A stretch of DNA of 63,203 nucleotides, counting the filler. It is 6 parts of 6 records of this genome, joined end to end, with 100 filler letters (N's around TTAATTAATTAA, not from the genome) between each part and the next. Parts side by side here need not be neighbours in the genome. Positions count along the whole stretch, not along the records: positions 27,356 to 33,294 come from SRR31156797_13923; positions 33,395 to 40,226 come from SRR31156797_13925; 4 more parts are not named here. One strand, 5' to 3'. Under the pieces are notes generated by a model that was given only the letters and a program-made list of their open reading frames with translations, was not told the DNA's origin and did no database searches. Of the stretch, positions 27,483-36,422 are shown piece after piece. Positions within the stretch are counted from its first letter, which is position 1. Each line of letters opens with the position of its first letter. The translations under genes and the position numbers were made by a program.

Positions 27483-28310
27483 TCAACGGTTAAAATGACG
27501 CATAATTGCTTCAAGCACGGCCCCGCCGATAGCGCGCGCTTTATCGGAAACGGACCAGCAATAATCCGTTTCTCCCCTCGGATCTACATCCCCGACCTTG
27601 AAACCCTTTTCAACATTGGTTCCGGAGCGGATCAGTCCCCGGATAGTTCCGGAAATGTTTGATTTAATCTGAATTCCGGACACGTCAGCCACAATCTGCC
27701 CGGCTTCGACCATCGATCCTATTTCCAGGTCGCTTCTAAAGGTTCCGGCCGCCGGAGATCGAAGCACGCGAAGAATGTCTTGTCCGCCAATGGTTCCGGG
27801 AACTCCGGTATTTGGCGCCGCCTGTCCTTCATATATCAGGCGGCCAAGGTTATGCCCGCGCATGGTTTCTATCACCACATGCGCATCCTTGCCGGCCGTG
27901 AAACCAGGTCCCAGGGCGACCACCAAATCGGCCGCATTGATACTTAGCCCCAGGTTTTTTTTGGCCAGGATGGCGTCCACAATAATATCGGGTTGAAGAA
28001 CCGACGCACAGGCCAGGTCCCGGTCAATAATTACGGGCATCAAACGTTGCGCCAAGATCGACGCCGCTTCATCAGGCCCATTTATCAGGACGGCGGTGCA
28101 CCCTTCCACAGTCATTCGTCCATTTATGACGGCTTCGCAAAAGGACACTCCACGCCTGATGCACAATGGCGATTCAATCTCGGTGAATGCCACATTCAGG
28201 TGCGAATGAAACAGGCGAACGGCGACGCCGCTGGCCATTTCACCGGCCCCGCGGATAAGAACCTTCAGGGTCCGATTAAACAACCGCGAACCAGGTGAAG
28301 TCTGCACCAT
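27483..28310 (-). CDS. yqeB: Selenium-dependent molybdenum hydroxylase system protein, YqeB/EF2563 family
   Basis: IRGAGEMASG, RRGVSF, VDAILAKKN, ALGPGF, IETMRGHNLG, GDVDPR, SDKARAIGGAVLEA; ATG 28310 with AGGAG RBS. Confidence 0.9.
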   Translation of the reverse strand: MVQTSPGSRLFNRTLKVLIRGAGEMASGVAVRLFHSHLNVAFTEIESPLCIRRGVSFCEAVINGRMTVEGCTAVLINGPDEAASILAQRLMPVIIDRDLACASVLQPDIIVDAILAKKNLGLSINAADLVVALGPGFTAGKDAHVVIETMRGHNLGRLIYEGQAAPNTGVPGTIGGQDILRVLRSPAAGTFRSDLEIGSMVEAGQIVADVSGIQIKSNISGTIRGLIRSGTNVEKGFKVGDVDPRGETDYCWSVSDKARAIGGAVLEAIMRHFNR

Positions 28311-28349
28311 CCCATTCTCCTGTTTCAGCAATCATTTGGCATGTTTCAT

Positions 28350-28364
28350 TGTATACTGTATACA
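28350..28364. promoter_or_regulatory. Palindromic operator (GntR-type) over the predicted yqeB promoter
   Basis: TGTATAC-T-GTATACA; on the minus strand TTGACA (28373-28378) lies 17 nt upstream of TATACA. Confidence 0.55.
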
Positions 28365-28396
28365 GTCCCTCCTGTCAAGAATTCTAATCCCCTTAT

Positions 28397-29744
28397 AAAG
28401 ACATCCATTTTTATGAAAATTGACAATAATACCTGCATTCATTCCGAATAGACTTAATTCAAATGATAAAACAGAGTTTACCGACATAATCATATTTGAT
28501 TGGCAAAGAATAAAAGCAAATATTCTCAATCAGATAAGAATTTATGCGTAGTTGTCCACTAAAAGACAAGAAGCAATGTCTAATATTTGAAGTAAAGAGA
28601 GGAGTTTGGAAATTAGGCGGCGGAAAATGCCCGGGCGCAGTTTTTTATGCCGCCGAACCAGCGCAGCCCTGCCTGTTGAGCCGCCCTGGCCATGGAATCC
28701 AGGCAACCGACGGCGCGATGGAACAAGCGACCGTAATCCTGAACCGTGTCGGCCCATGAATCCGCATCAATGCTTATTCTCGTTAATATCGGCGCCAGGC
28801 GGTCGGGTATGGAGGCTTTACCATCCCCCCGGATCAAACGACCGGTCCAATCAACAAGATTGAGGTATTCATCCAGGCGCATATCCAGAACAGGAGTTTC
28901 ATCCTTGCCGGCTTCATCCACGAAAGGAGCAAGCCAATCGGCCGGGCTTTTCCATTTAAACGCCTTTGCATCATCTTTTGCTGATGCCTCAATCGCCTTT
29001 TCACTCAAAGCGATATTCTTACCATTGCGCCGGGACATGATTCGATCGTGCACACTGGTGAAAAAGCTTGTCTCGGGCGTTTCCGCAATCCCGGCTCGAA
29101 TTGGATTGAGGTCTACATAGGCCATGCAGGCCAGGACCGCCGATTCATCCAACAAGGCCTGGGATTTGAAACGCCCTTCCCAGAATCGCCCCCTGCACCC
29201 GTCCTCCCTGTTAGCCTGGCGCGCGATATGTTCATTCAGACATCGCATGAACCAGCTCACACTGGATAAGCGCTCCCGCAATTCAGTCATCCTTGCCTCA
29301 TTGCGGGCCAAGCGAGCTGCTTCATTCTTCATTTCAACAGGATTATCCGGCTTCACACCCGCCGGAAAAAGATCAAGCCACTTGCGCGCAACCTCATCAT
29401 CGGTCCACTTAGCCGCGATATCGGGCCGATTCCTTATCACCACGTGCAGGTGATTTGACATCACCGCATAAGAAAAAACGTCAACGGCAAACCCGTCCGC
29501 CAATTGTTTAAGCCTGCTTTTCACCCAATCTTTTCTATGTTCATAAGATCTGCCGGAATATTGATCCAATCCGCACAAAAAAGCTTGCCGCACGCAACGG
29601 GATATGCAGTGATAAATCCCGATCGTCCCCTCGCTGACAATTTCTTTCCGCGCTATCGGCATATCGAACTCCTTGTATGATGATTCGTTAGGACGATATT
29701 AACACAAAGGGGAGATAGGAATAAATTGATAAATGGGTGTCTTT
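28397..29744 (-). mobile_element. Putative RAYT element bounded by 14-bp inverted repeats
   Basis: AAAGACATCCATTT (28397-28410) and AAATGGGTGTCTTT (29731-29744; reverse complement AAAGACACCCATTT, 13/14 match) flank the transposase gene. Confidence 0.6.
28613..29662 (-). CDS. REP-associated tyrosine transposase (RAYT; HUH Y1 family, long variant)
   Basis: YHCISRCVR, YAVMSNHLH (HUH), GRFWEGRFKSQ, MAYVDLNPIRAG (catalytic Tyr). Confidence 0.88.
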   Translation of the reverse strand: MPIARKEIVSEGTIGIYHCISRCVRQAFLCGLDQYSGRSYEHRKDWVKSRLKQLADGFAVDVFSYAVMSNHLHVVIRNRPDIAAKWTDDEVARKWLDLFPAGVKPDNPVEMKNEAARLARNEARMTELRERLSSVSWFMRCLNEHIARQANREDGCRGRFWEGRFKSQALLDESAVLACMAYVDLNPIRAGIAETPETSFFTSVHDRIMSRRNGKNIALSEKAIEASAKDDAKAFKWKSPADWLAPFVDEAGKDETPVLDMRLDEYLNLVDWTGRLIRGDGKASIPDRLAPILTRISIDADSWADTVQDYGRLFHRAVGCLDSMARAAQQAGLRWFGGIKNCARAFSAA

Positions 29745-29788
29745 TTATTTTAAGATGGTGGAGGGACGGGGGGGGGTTGTTGATTGGA

Positions 29789-30877
29789 TTAGCCGCGGGA
29801 GAGGTCTTTGTGTTGGTATACGCCGCAGTTGGAAGTGAATTCAATCAAGTTGTTCAGAGTGTCGCCGGCACGGCCCGAATCTATGGATTCCCTCGCCATA
29901 TCAAGTCCTTCCTTCATATCCGAGCTTTTTCCGGCGACTGTCAGGGCGGCGGCCGAATTAAGCAGCACCACGTCCCGCCTGGGGCCGGACGCCCCTTCGA
30001 TCACTTCCTTGATAATGGATGCGTTTTTCGCGGCATCCCCGCCGCTGATGTCTTCCGGCCGGGCCCGCTTTAGTCCGACATCTTCCGGGACCAATTCATA
30101 TTCGAAAATTTCACCGTCTTTTAAATGATTGATCAGGGTCGGGCCGGTTATACTGAATTCGTCCAGGGTATCCTGACCATAAACGACCATGGCTTCACGA
30201 CATTCCATTAATTTAAGCACCCGGGCCATCAGGCGGGATCTTTCAGGAATGTAAACTCCCAGGACCTGGCTTTCCCCCCTGGCCGGATTGATCAAAGGGG
30301 CGATCAGGTTGAAAATCGTTCTTACTCCGATATCTCCACGAACCCGGGCCGCCGAAGCCAGGGCGGTATGGAACAAATTGGCATAAAGAAAACCAAGACC
30401 AACCTGGCGAATGCACCGCTCGACTTCGGTCAAGGTCAGGTCGAGGTTGATGCCCAGTTCATCGACAACGTTCGCCGATCCGCAAAAAGTGGATTCCGAT
30501 CGGGCGCCGAATTTCGCCACTTTCAAACCGCTGCCCGCGGCCACCAGGGCCGTGGCCGTTGATATATTGAAAATTCTGGTATCTGAACTGTCCAGGCTGC
30601 AGGTCTTGGTTACGGTTTCCTCATCCAGGTTGATTTCATCGCGATCCAGGATTACAGCGCCGTTTGCTATTCGAATTCCGGGGAGATGCTTGCGCACCAC
30701 CCTGGCTGCGGCCGCGATTTCTTCAGCGGTCTCCCCCTTAAGACGAAGTGCTGTGAGCAGGGCGGCCATCTGGGTAAGCCGGGCATGCCCCCCCAACATA
30801 ATCTCCATCGCCTCGGTCATCTCTTCCTGACTGAGATTATTTCCCTGGACCACATGATTGATATAATGCCTTATCAT
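29789..30877 (-). CDS. trpD: Anthranilate phosphoribosyltransferase (TrpD) paralogue with degenerate PRPP-binding motifs
   Basis: LRLKGETAEEI, FNIST, GVRTIFNL, LDEFS, VLLNSAAAL; but TCSLDSSD replaces TCGTGGD and KFGAR replaces KHGNR; ATG 30877. Confidence 0.75.
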   Translation of the reverse strand: MIRHYINHVVQGNNLSQEEMTEAMEIMLGGHARLTQMAALLTALRLKGETAEEIAAAARVVRKHLPGIRIANGAVILDRDEINLDEETVTKTCSLDSSDTRIFNISTATALVAAGSGLKVAKFGARSESTFCGSANVVDELGINLDLTLTEVERCIRQVGLGFLYANLFHTALASAARVRGDIGVRTIFNLIAPLINPARGESQVLGVYIPERSRLMARVLKLMECREAMVVYGQDTLDEFSITGPTLINHLKDGEIFEYELVPEDVGLKRARPEDISGGDAAKNASIIKEVIEGASGPRRDVVLLNSAAALTVAGKSSDMKEGLDMARESIDSGRAGDTLNNLIEFTSNCGVYQHKDLSRG

Positions 30878-31123
30878 TTTCAACCTCCCCGCGCCACTTC
30901 GGAAGCCTAATGAAGATTCCGCATCCGAGGTCGGCGCCCGTTTAAATATTCCGGCGCATGTTGAAATCAAGACAGACAAATAACTTCTTGCTGGTTGGAT
31001 ATTCTTAGAAAAGCACGTTCCGTGAGAAAATACAAGGGGGAAGAGCAAATACCGATTTACTTGTTTACTCCGCCGGCAATAGGGGCCGCCATGACGCCGG
31101 GGCGCAACTGTTAATAAGGAAAT

Positions 31124-31143
31124 CTCTTGACTTTAATCAAGAG
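31124..31143. promoter_or_regulatory. CRP/FNR-type palindrome upstream of the HADH-ECH gene
   Basis: CTCTTGActttaaTCAAGAG; core TTGAC-N4-ATCAA versus FNR consensus TTGAT-N4-ATCAA. Confidence 0.5.
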
Positions 31144-31229
31144 TTTTAATACGAAATTCAGATACGCTATACATCAAACACATTTCAATCAGCCACGGCA
31201 TTCTGCCGAAAGAAAGGTGGAGTTTCAGT

Positions 31230-33254
31230 ATGGAAAGAGCTGGAAAACTTTATGCCTCGGCGTTCAACCCCCTTATTCTAAAACCATCACGCCCCCTCCC
31301 AAAGGAAATGGCGATTATCGGAGCGGGCACTATCGGACCGGACATCGGCTATTATTTGAAAAGCGCTCTGCCCCAATCCTCTCTGCACCTGGTGGACATC
31401 GCGGAAGCCCCTCTCCAAAAAGCTCAACAGAGACTCGAAGGTTATGCTCAAAAAGCAATAGACAGAAAAAAGATGAAACCGGACCAGGCCAAGGCTGTGC
31501 TCGAAGGAATCAACTACACCACAAACTACCAGGATATCAAGGATTGCACCCTGGTTATCGAAGCGGCCACTGAAGACATTCCTTTAAAAAGAAAGATTTT
31601 CGCGGAAGTGGAAAAAATCGTTTCACCCGAGGCCATAATAACATCCAACACCAGTTCCATACCCGCGGACAGAATTTTTGCAGACATGACCAGGCCGGAA
31701 AGGACGACCGTCACCCATTTTTTCGCTCCGGCCTGGCGCAGTCTGCCCGTGGAAGTAATTGACTGGGACAAGGCCGACCGCGATGTGGTCGACTACCTGT
31801 GCTGGTTTTTCGCCAAAACCGGCAAGGCGCCGATCATGACCGACAATGCCATTTGTTTTATGCTGGACCGCATTTTTGACAACTGGTGCAACGAAGCAGC
31901 GTTCCTGCTTGACCAGGCTACGGCCGCCCAGGTGGATTCAACAGCGGAAGAATTTGTTTTCGCCGGCCCCTTCTTTGTCTTAAACATGGCCAACGGCAAT
32001 CCCATAATCATAGAAACCAACACCCTGCAAATGGAGGAAGGTGATTATTACAGGCCTGCCCCGGTGTTTGCATCCGTTGACAGATGGAACACGTGCCGGC
32101 CGGGCAGTCGCGTCGAAGTGGATGAACATACAAAATCCGCTGTCCGAGACCGGCTACTAGGCATTCTGTTTTCACAATCCTTTGACATTGTCGACCGGGG
32201 AATCGGAACAAAATCCGACCTCAATTTCGGCTGTCAGATCGCCCTTGGCTTTCGCCAGGGTCCGCTGGACGTGATGACCGAAATCGGTGAGACAGAAGTA
32301 AATAGAATAATGGCTGAATTCGAGCGCAACCGGGCGGGATTTCCCAAGGCCCTGGAACCGCTCGGAGACTATCTGAATTTTTACAGGTATACCCTGGTGG
32401 ACGATCTTGACGGAGTCAAGATAATCACCATCAGACGGCCCCAGGCCATGAATTCCCTTAACGACGACGTCAATGCCGAAATATTGAGCGTACTAAAAAC
32501 CTATGCCGACGACCCGGCGGTCAAGGGCTTTATCATTACGGGTTACGGTTCAAACGCCTTTTCAGCCGGTGCGGATATCGGCAAATTTCCATCCATGCTG
32601 GGAGACCCGGAAGCTTCGGCCCAATACGCCCGTGATTGCGCTGATGTACAGGTTTTCATGGACAACATGGACAAGCCCGTGGTAGCCGCCCTTAACGGCG
32701 TGGCCCTGGGCGGAGGCCTGGAAGTCGCCATCCGCTGTCACGGCATCGTGGCCATGTCGGGCGCGCGCCTTGGATTTCCGGAAATTACACTGGGCATTCT
32801 GCCGGGCATTGGCGGCTGCGTGGTCCCGTACCGTAAGTGGCCCCAGAGCGCTGAGCTTCTTTCTGAAATGATCTGCCTCGGCCGAGCCGTCACCGCCAAG
32901 GAAGCTCAGGAAGCCGGCATAGTCAGCGCTGTGTGCGACGACTATGCGGACATGATCGCTTTAGCTGTTGATGAAATTAACAGGCTGGCCGGCGCCTTGC
33001 CCCGCATTCCGGAAAGCCCTGTATCCATACCGGACGTCAACCTGCCCGATCCGCCCATGAGCGGCAAGCAGGTCCTCAGCCGGGAAGCTATCGGTCTGAT
33101 TAAGGAAACCGTCAATGCCGGGGCGGCCGCATCATCACTGGCCGAGGCCCTTGAAATCGGATACAAGGGATTCGGCCGGATCGCTTGCAGCGACGCGGCC
33201 AAGGAAGGAATATCAGCCTTTTTGGAAAAAAGAAAGCCGGTCTTCGATAAATGA
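31230..33254 (+). CDS. Bifunctional 3-hydroxyacyl-CoA dehydrogenase / enoyl-CoA hydratase (HADH N-terminal, ECH C-terminal)
   Basis: IIGAGTIG, VIEAATE, SNTSS, HFF; C-terminal FSAGADI, GGGLE, PEITLGILPG, AFLEKRKP. Confidence 0.9.
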   Translation: MERAGKLYASAFNPLILKPSRPLPKEMAIIGAGTIGPDIGYYLKSALPQSSLHLVDIAEAPLQKAQQRLEGYAQKAIDRKKMKPDQAKAVLEGINYTTNYQDIKDCTLVIEAATEDIPLKRKIFAEVEKIVSPEAIITSNTSSIPADRIFADMTRPERTTVTHFFAPAWRSLPVEVIDWDKADRDVVDYLCWFFAKTGKAPIMTDNAICFMLDRIFDNWCNEAAFLLDQATAAQVDSTAEEFVFAGPFFVLNMANGNPIIIETNTLQMEEGDYYRPAPVFASVDRWNTCRPGSRVEVDEHTKSAVRDRLLGILFSQSFDIVDRGIGTKSDLNFGCQIALGFRQGPLDVMTEIGETEVNRIMAEFERNRAGFPKALEPLGDYLNFYRYTLVDDLDGVKIITIRRPQAMNSLNDDVNAEILSVLKTYADDPAVKGFIITGYGSNAFSAGADIGKFPSMLGDPEASAQYARDCADVQVFMDNMDKPVVAALNGVALGGGLEVAIRCHGIVAMSGARLGFPEITLGILPGIGGCVVPYRKWPQSAELLSEMICLGRAVTAKEAQEAGIVSAVCDDYADMIALAVDEINRLAGALPRIPESPVSIPDVNLPDPPMSGKQVLSREAIGLIKETVNAGAAASSLAEALEIGYKGFGRIACSDAAKEGISAFLEKRKPVFDK

Positions 33255-33277
33255 AGCTCCCCGTAGCAAGCTACGGC
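33251..33277. repeat. Short REP/IS200-IS605-end-like hairpin at the contig edge
   Basis: atgaagctcc-CCGTAGC-aa-GCTACGG directly after the stop codon, just before the contig break. Confidence 0.35.
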
Positions 33278-33294
33278 GCATCAAACGGAAACAT

Positions 33295-33394
33295 NNNNNN
33301 NNNNNNNNNNNNNNNNNNNNNNNNNNNNNNNNNNNNNNTTAATTAATTAANNNNNNNNNNNNNNNNNNNNNNNNNNNNNNNNNNNNNNNNNNNN
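33295..33394. other. Artificial contig linker
   Basis: 44 N + TTAATTAATTAA + 44 N. Confidence 0.98.
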
Positions 33395-33421
33395 TCATGT
33401 CCTTCATGCTCTTCATGGTTT
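33395..33421. repeat. Partial arm of an interspersed palindromic repeat with 9-bp periodicity
   Basis: TCATG-TCCTTCATG-CTCTTCATG-GTT at the contig start; similar internal periodicity to 40082-40156. Confidence 0.45.
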
Positions 33422-33440
33422 TAAATATAAATCAAAGCCG

Positions 33441-34748
33441 TTATTCGCGCATGGCTTTGTCAACATTTTGAAGCAATGGATCTAAAAGATAGCTGATCAC
33501 CGTCCGGCTCTCGGTTGTGATATAGCAGGCAGCGGGCATACCAGGTGAAAGATAGGCGTTATGGGCTTTTAAATCCACTTCATCCACCTGTACATGGACC
33601 TCATAATAGGATATTTCCCCCCGGGAACTCTGCTCGCTCATTAAATCCGGGGAGACATAGGTCACCTTTCCCATGATGGGAGGAGTGGCTTTTCGCTGGA
33701 ATGCCGCCAACTGGACCTTGGTGGCCTGGCCCTTTTTAACACTGATAATATCCTGGGGCCGGACCTGGGCTTTAATCACCATACTCAAATCCTTGGGTAC
33801 AATTTCCAGCAAAGGCATCCCGGGCCGAATTACACCGCTGTCCTCGGAATGAACCTGCATATTAATGACAACCCCGCTTACCGGGGCCCTGACTTCAAGC
33901 CGGTGCTCGGCGTCAAGCATGGGCTTGATCTGATCTTTAAGATCGAAAATCAGGTCGGTCACCTCCCCGAGTTTTGACACGGCTACATCCCTGTACTCAT
34001 TCTCCATATCCACAATACGCAGTTTATATTCCTGGATCATCTGGGTGAACTGGGCAATATCCTGTTTTAATTTACCTTTTCTCCCCCGGTACTCGGAAAG
34101 ACTTCTTTCAAGCGTAAGAATATCAGTTTTCCCCATGTACTTTTCTGCCAGCAACGGACGCTTGCCGGCTAAATCCTCTTCAAGATTCAGGATAATTTCG
34201 CCCACACTTTTCAATTCCTCTTTGGCACCCTCAATCCTGTTTTTTGTCTGACTGATCTGGGAATGATGCAATTTTATTTTTCCCTGCAGATCAGAGCGCC
34301 GGGACACAAAAATATCCTTTTCAGTGGAAAGGATCTGGGCAATCTCCGGGTTGCCTTTTAATTCATCCAGGGCCTTGGGCCACAAGATTGAAGGTTTCAT
34401 CACCGCTTCGGCCCGAAGTCTTGCCGCCTCAGCTTCCTTAGCCCACAATCTTCCCTGGAGCAGTTCCACATTGGAACTGACCTGGGAGCTTTTCAGCTCA
34501 ATGAGGACATCTCCCTGGGTGACTTCGTCCCCCTCTTTTACAAAAATTTTATTAACGATCCCGCCTTCAAGGTGTTGAACCATCTTTCTTTCACCAAATA
34601 CATTCACCACACCCGGGGCAATAACCGCCCCCTGGAAGGGAAAATAAACGGACCACACCCCAAGGCCGCCGAAAAAAAGGATAATAACCAAAAGCCCTGC
34701 AATGATATACTTTGAAGGGTTTGTATTTAAAACTGGATCTTTTTTCAT
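33441..34748 (-). CDS. Type I secretion membrane fusion protein, HlyD/PrtE family
   Basis: N-terminal TM, VQHLEGGIV, VKEGDEV, long coiled coil, VRAPVSG, LSPGMP, RTVISYLLDP. Confidence 0.93.
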   Translation of the reverse strand: MKKDPVLNTNPSKYIIAGLLVIILFFGGLGVWSVYFPFQGAVIAPGVVNVFGERKMVQHLEGGIVNKIFVKEGDEVTQGDVLIELKSSQVSSNVELLQGRLWAKEAEAARLRAEAVMKPSILWPKALDELKGNPEIAQILSTEKDIFVSRRSDLQGKIKLHHSQISQTKNRIEGAKEELKSVGEIILNLEEDLAGKRPLLAEKYMGKTDILTLERSLSEYRGRKGKLKQDIAQFTQMIQEYKLRIVDMENEYRDVAVSKLGEVTDLIFDLKDQIKPMLDAEHRLEVRAPVSGVVINMQVHSEDSGVIRPGMPLLEIVPKDLSMVIKAQVRPQDIISVKKGQATKVQLAAFQRKATPPIMGKVTYVSPDLMSEQSSRGEISYYEVHVQVDEVDLKAHNAYLSPGMPAACYITTESRTVISYLLDPLLQNVDKAMRE

Positions 34749-34751
34749 TTT

Positions 34752-36422
34752 TTATACTCCTGCCGCCTGCTGGGACTGTTTATTGTTGGCAAGCTTAGTT
34801 AACACCTCTTTACCAGGTCCGTACATGGCAGTCTGCCCCTCCTTGATCACGAGAAGCTTGTCCATGTTCACAATCAGATTAGGCCGGTCCGAGACCACAA
34901 CGGTGGTCACATTTTCCTGCTTTAAATTTTTCAGAGCGGCAAGCACCACCCTGAGCCCCAGGTCATCTAAATGGGCATGGGGTTCGTCCAGAACCACAAA
35001 CTTTGGATCGCCATACAGGGCCCTGGCCAGGGAAATCAATTGCCGCTGGCCTGCCGCCAGATTTCTTCCGGATTGATCAATCCGGGTTTCATACCCCTGG
35101 GGAAGTTTTAAAATCATTTCATGGACCCCGGCCCGCTGGGCCGCGTTAACGATTTTTTCAGAATCTATTTGCTCAAACCTTGAAATATTTTCCGCCACGC
35201 TGCCGGGGAACAAATCAGGTGCCTGGGGCATATATCCAAGGTATTGGCCCAGCTCATCCTCCGGCCACTGGGAAAGTTGCGCCCCATCCAGTCTGACTTT
35301 TCCCGTCAAAGGCGGCCAGATCCCGAGCAGCACCTTGCAAAGACAAGTTTTCCCCGACGCACTGGGGCCGAAAACACCAAGGGTTTCACCCGGCTCAAGG
35401 GCCAGGGAGATATTATATAAAACCGTTTTGGCATCAAGGTTCAGGGTGACGGACTCTGCCGAAAACCGTCCCTCGGGGGCCGGCAGGGAGAGTTTGGGCT
35501 TGGATTCCTGGGTATTCACAAATTGTTTTAACCGCTTATAGGCCGCTGCCGCCTCAACAGCGGCTTTCATATTCAGCAGGCTGCGTTCATAGGGATAAAA
35601 AAGCCGTGTAATAATAATCACTCCGGCAAAAATGCCCCCCTGGGTAATTTCATGGGTGAAAAACACAAAAGCCCCCGCGGTGAACACAGCCGCCACCACC
35701 GCCACCTGAAGCAGGCGGATGACCGTTCCAAAGGCAGATTGGAACGCATCAGCCCCTGATCTTGCAGCCAGGCTCTTTTCATACCGGACCCTGTATTGTT
35801 CCATAACGGCGGAAAACATCCCCATCCCGGAAATCAAAGGGGCATGGCGCAGGCAATTGCCGGCAAAATCGATACCGGCCTGGAACATAACATCGGCCAC
35901 GGTGTAACGCTTTGTTTCGATTTTTTTAAGCAAAAGCTGAAACATGGTAATCAGAAAAACGCCGCCGATACTCACAAAGCCCATCATGGGATGTATAAGA
36001 TAAATGACTGCCAGGTACACCAGCACCCAGGGCAGCTCTAAAATATTTACAATATGGCCGCCGACAAAGGCATCCCTCAACAACTCAAGGTCCAAAAGCC
36101 CCCGGGTATACCCGGAACGCTTAATTGCCGTGGCATCCGCCTGCATGCTTTTAAATACATAGGGCATCATTTTTTGGGCCAGGTCATTGCCGGCCTGGCC
36201 CAGCATACGGGCACGGAAATAATCAATCAGGGCCATCATGACAAGGCTGATTACGATCCCGGTGGCCAAAGTAAAAAGGCTGGCCGTACTGAAGCTGAAC
36301 AGCACCTTGTCATAGATGACCATCATATAAATGGGCAGGGCAAGGTAGACCAGGTTCGCACAGAACCCGAAAATGCCTGCGAATATAAAATATTTTACCC
36401 ATAATCTACTTATCGTTTGCAT
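34752..36422 (-). CDS. Type I secretion ABC transporter, PrtD family (degenerate NBD)
   Basis: TMD + NBD; Walker A GPSASGKT, signature LAAGQ, Walker B VLDEP followed by HAHLD, H-switch VSDRP. Confidence 0.88.
   Translation of the reverse strand: MQTISRLWVKYFIFAGIFGFCANLVYLALPIYMMVIYDKVLFSFSTASLFTLATGIVISLVMMALIDYFRARMLGQAGNDLAQKMMPYVFKSMQADATAIKRSGYTRGLLDLELLRDAFVGGHIVNILELPWVLVYLAVIYLIHPMMGFVSIGGVFLITMFQLLLKKIETKRYTVADVMFQAGIDFAGNCLRHAPLISGMGMFSAVMEQYRVRYEKSLAARSGADAFQSAFGTVIRLLQVAVVAAVFTAGAFVFFTHEITQGGIFAGVIIITRLFYPYERSLLNMKAAVEAAAAYKRLKQFVNTQESKPKLSLPAPEGRFSAESVTLNLDAKTVLYNISLALEPGETLGVFGPSASGKTCLCKVLLGIWPPLTGKVRLDGAQLSQWPEDELGQYLGYMPQAPDLFPGSVAENISRFEQIDSEKIVNAAQRAGVHEMILKLPQGYETRIDQSGRNLAAGQRQLISLARALYGDPKFVVLDEPHAHLDDLGLRVVLAALKNLKQENVTTVVVSDRPNLIVNMDKLLVIKEGQTAMYGPGKEVLTKLANNKQSQQAAGV

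Noticed and set aside
27483-33254. Selenocysteine read-through in genes near yqeB
   Set aside because: The ORFs on this contig are full length, with no in-frame TGA at a Cys-equivalent position.
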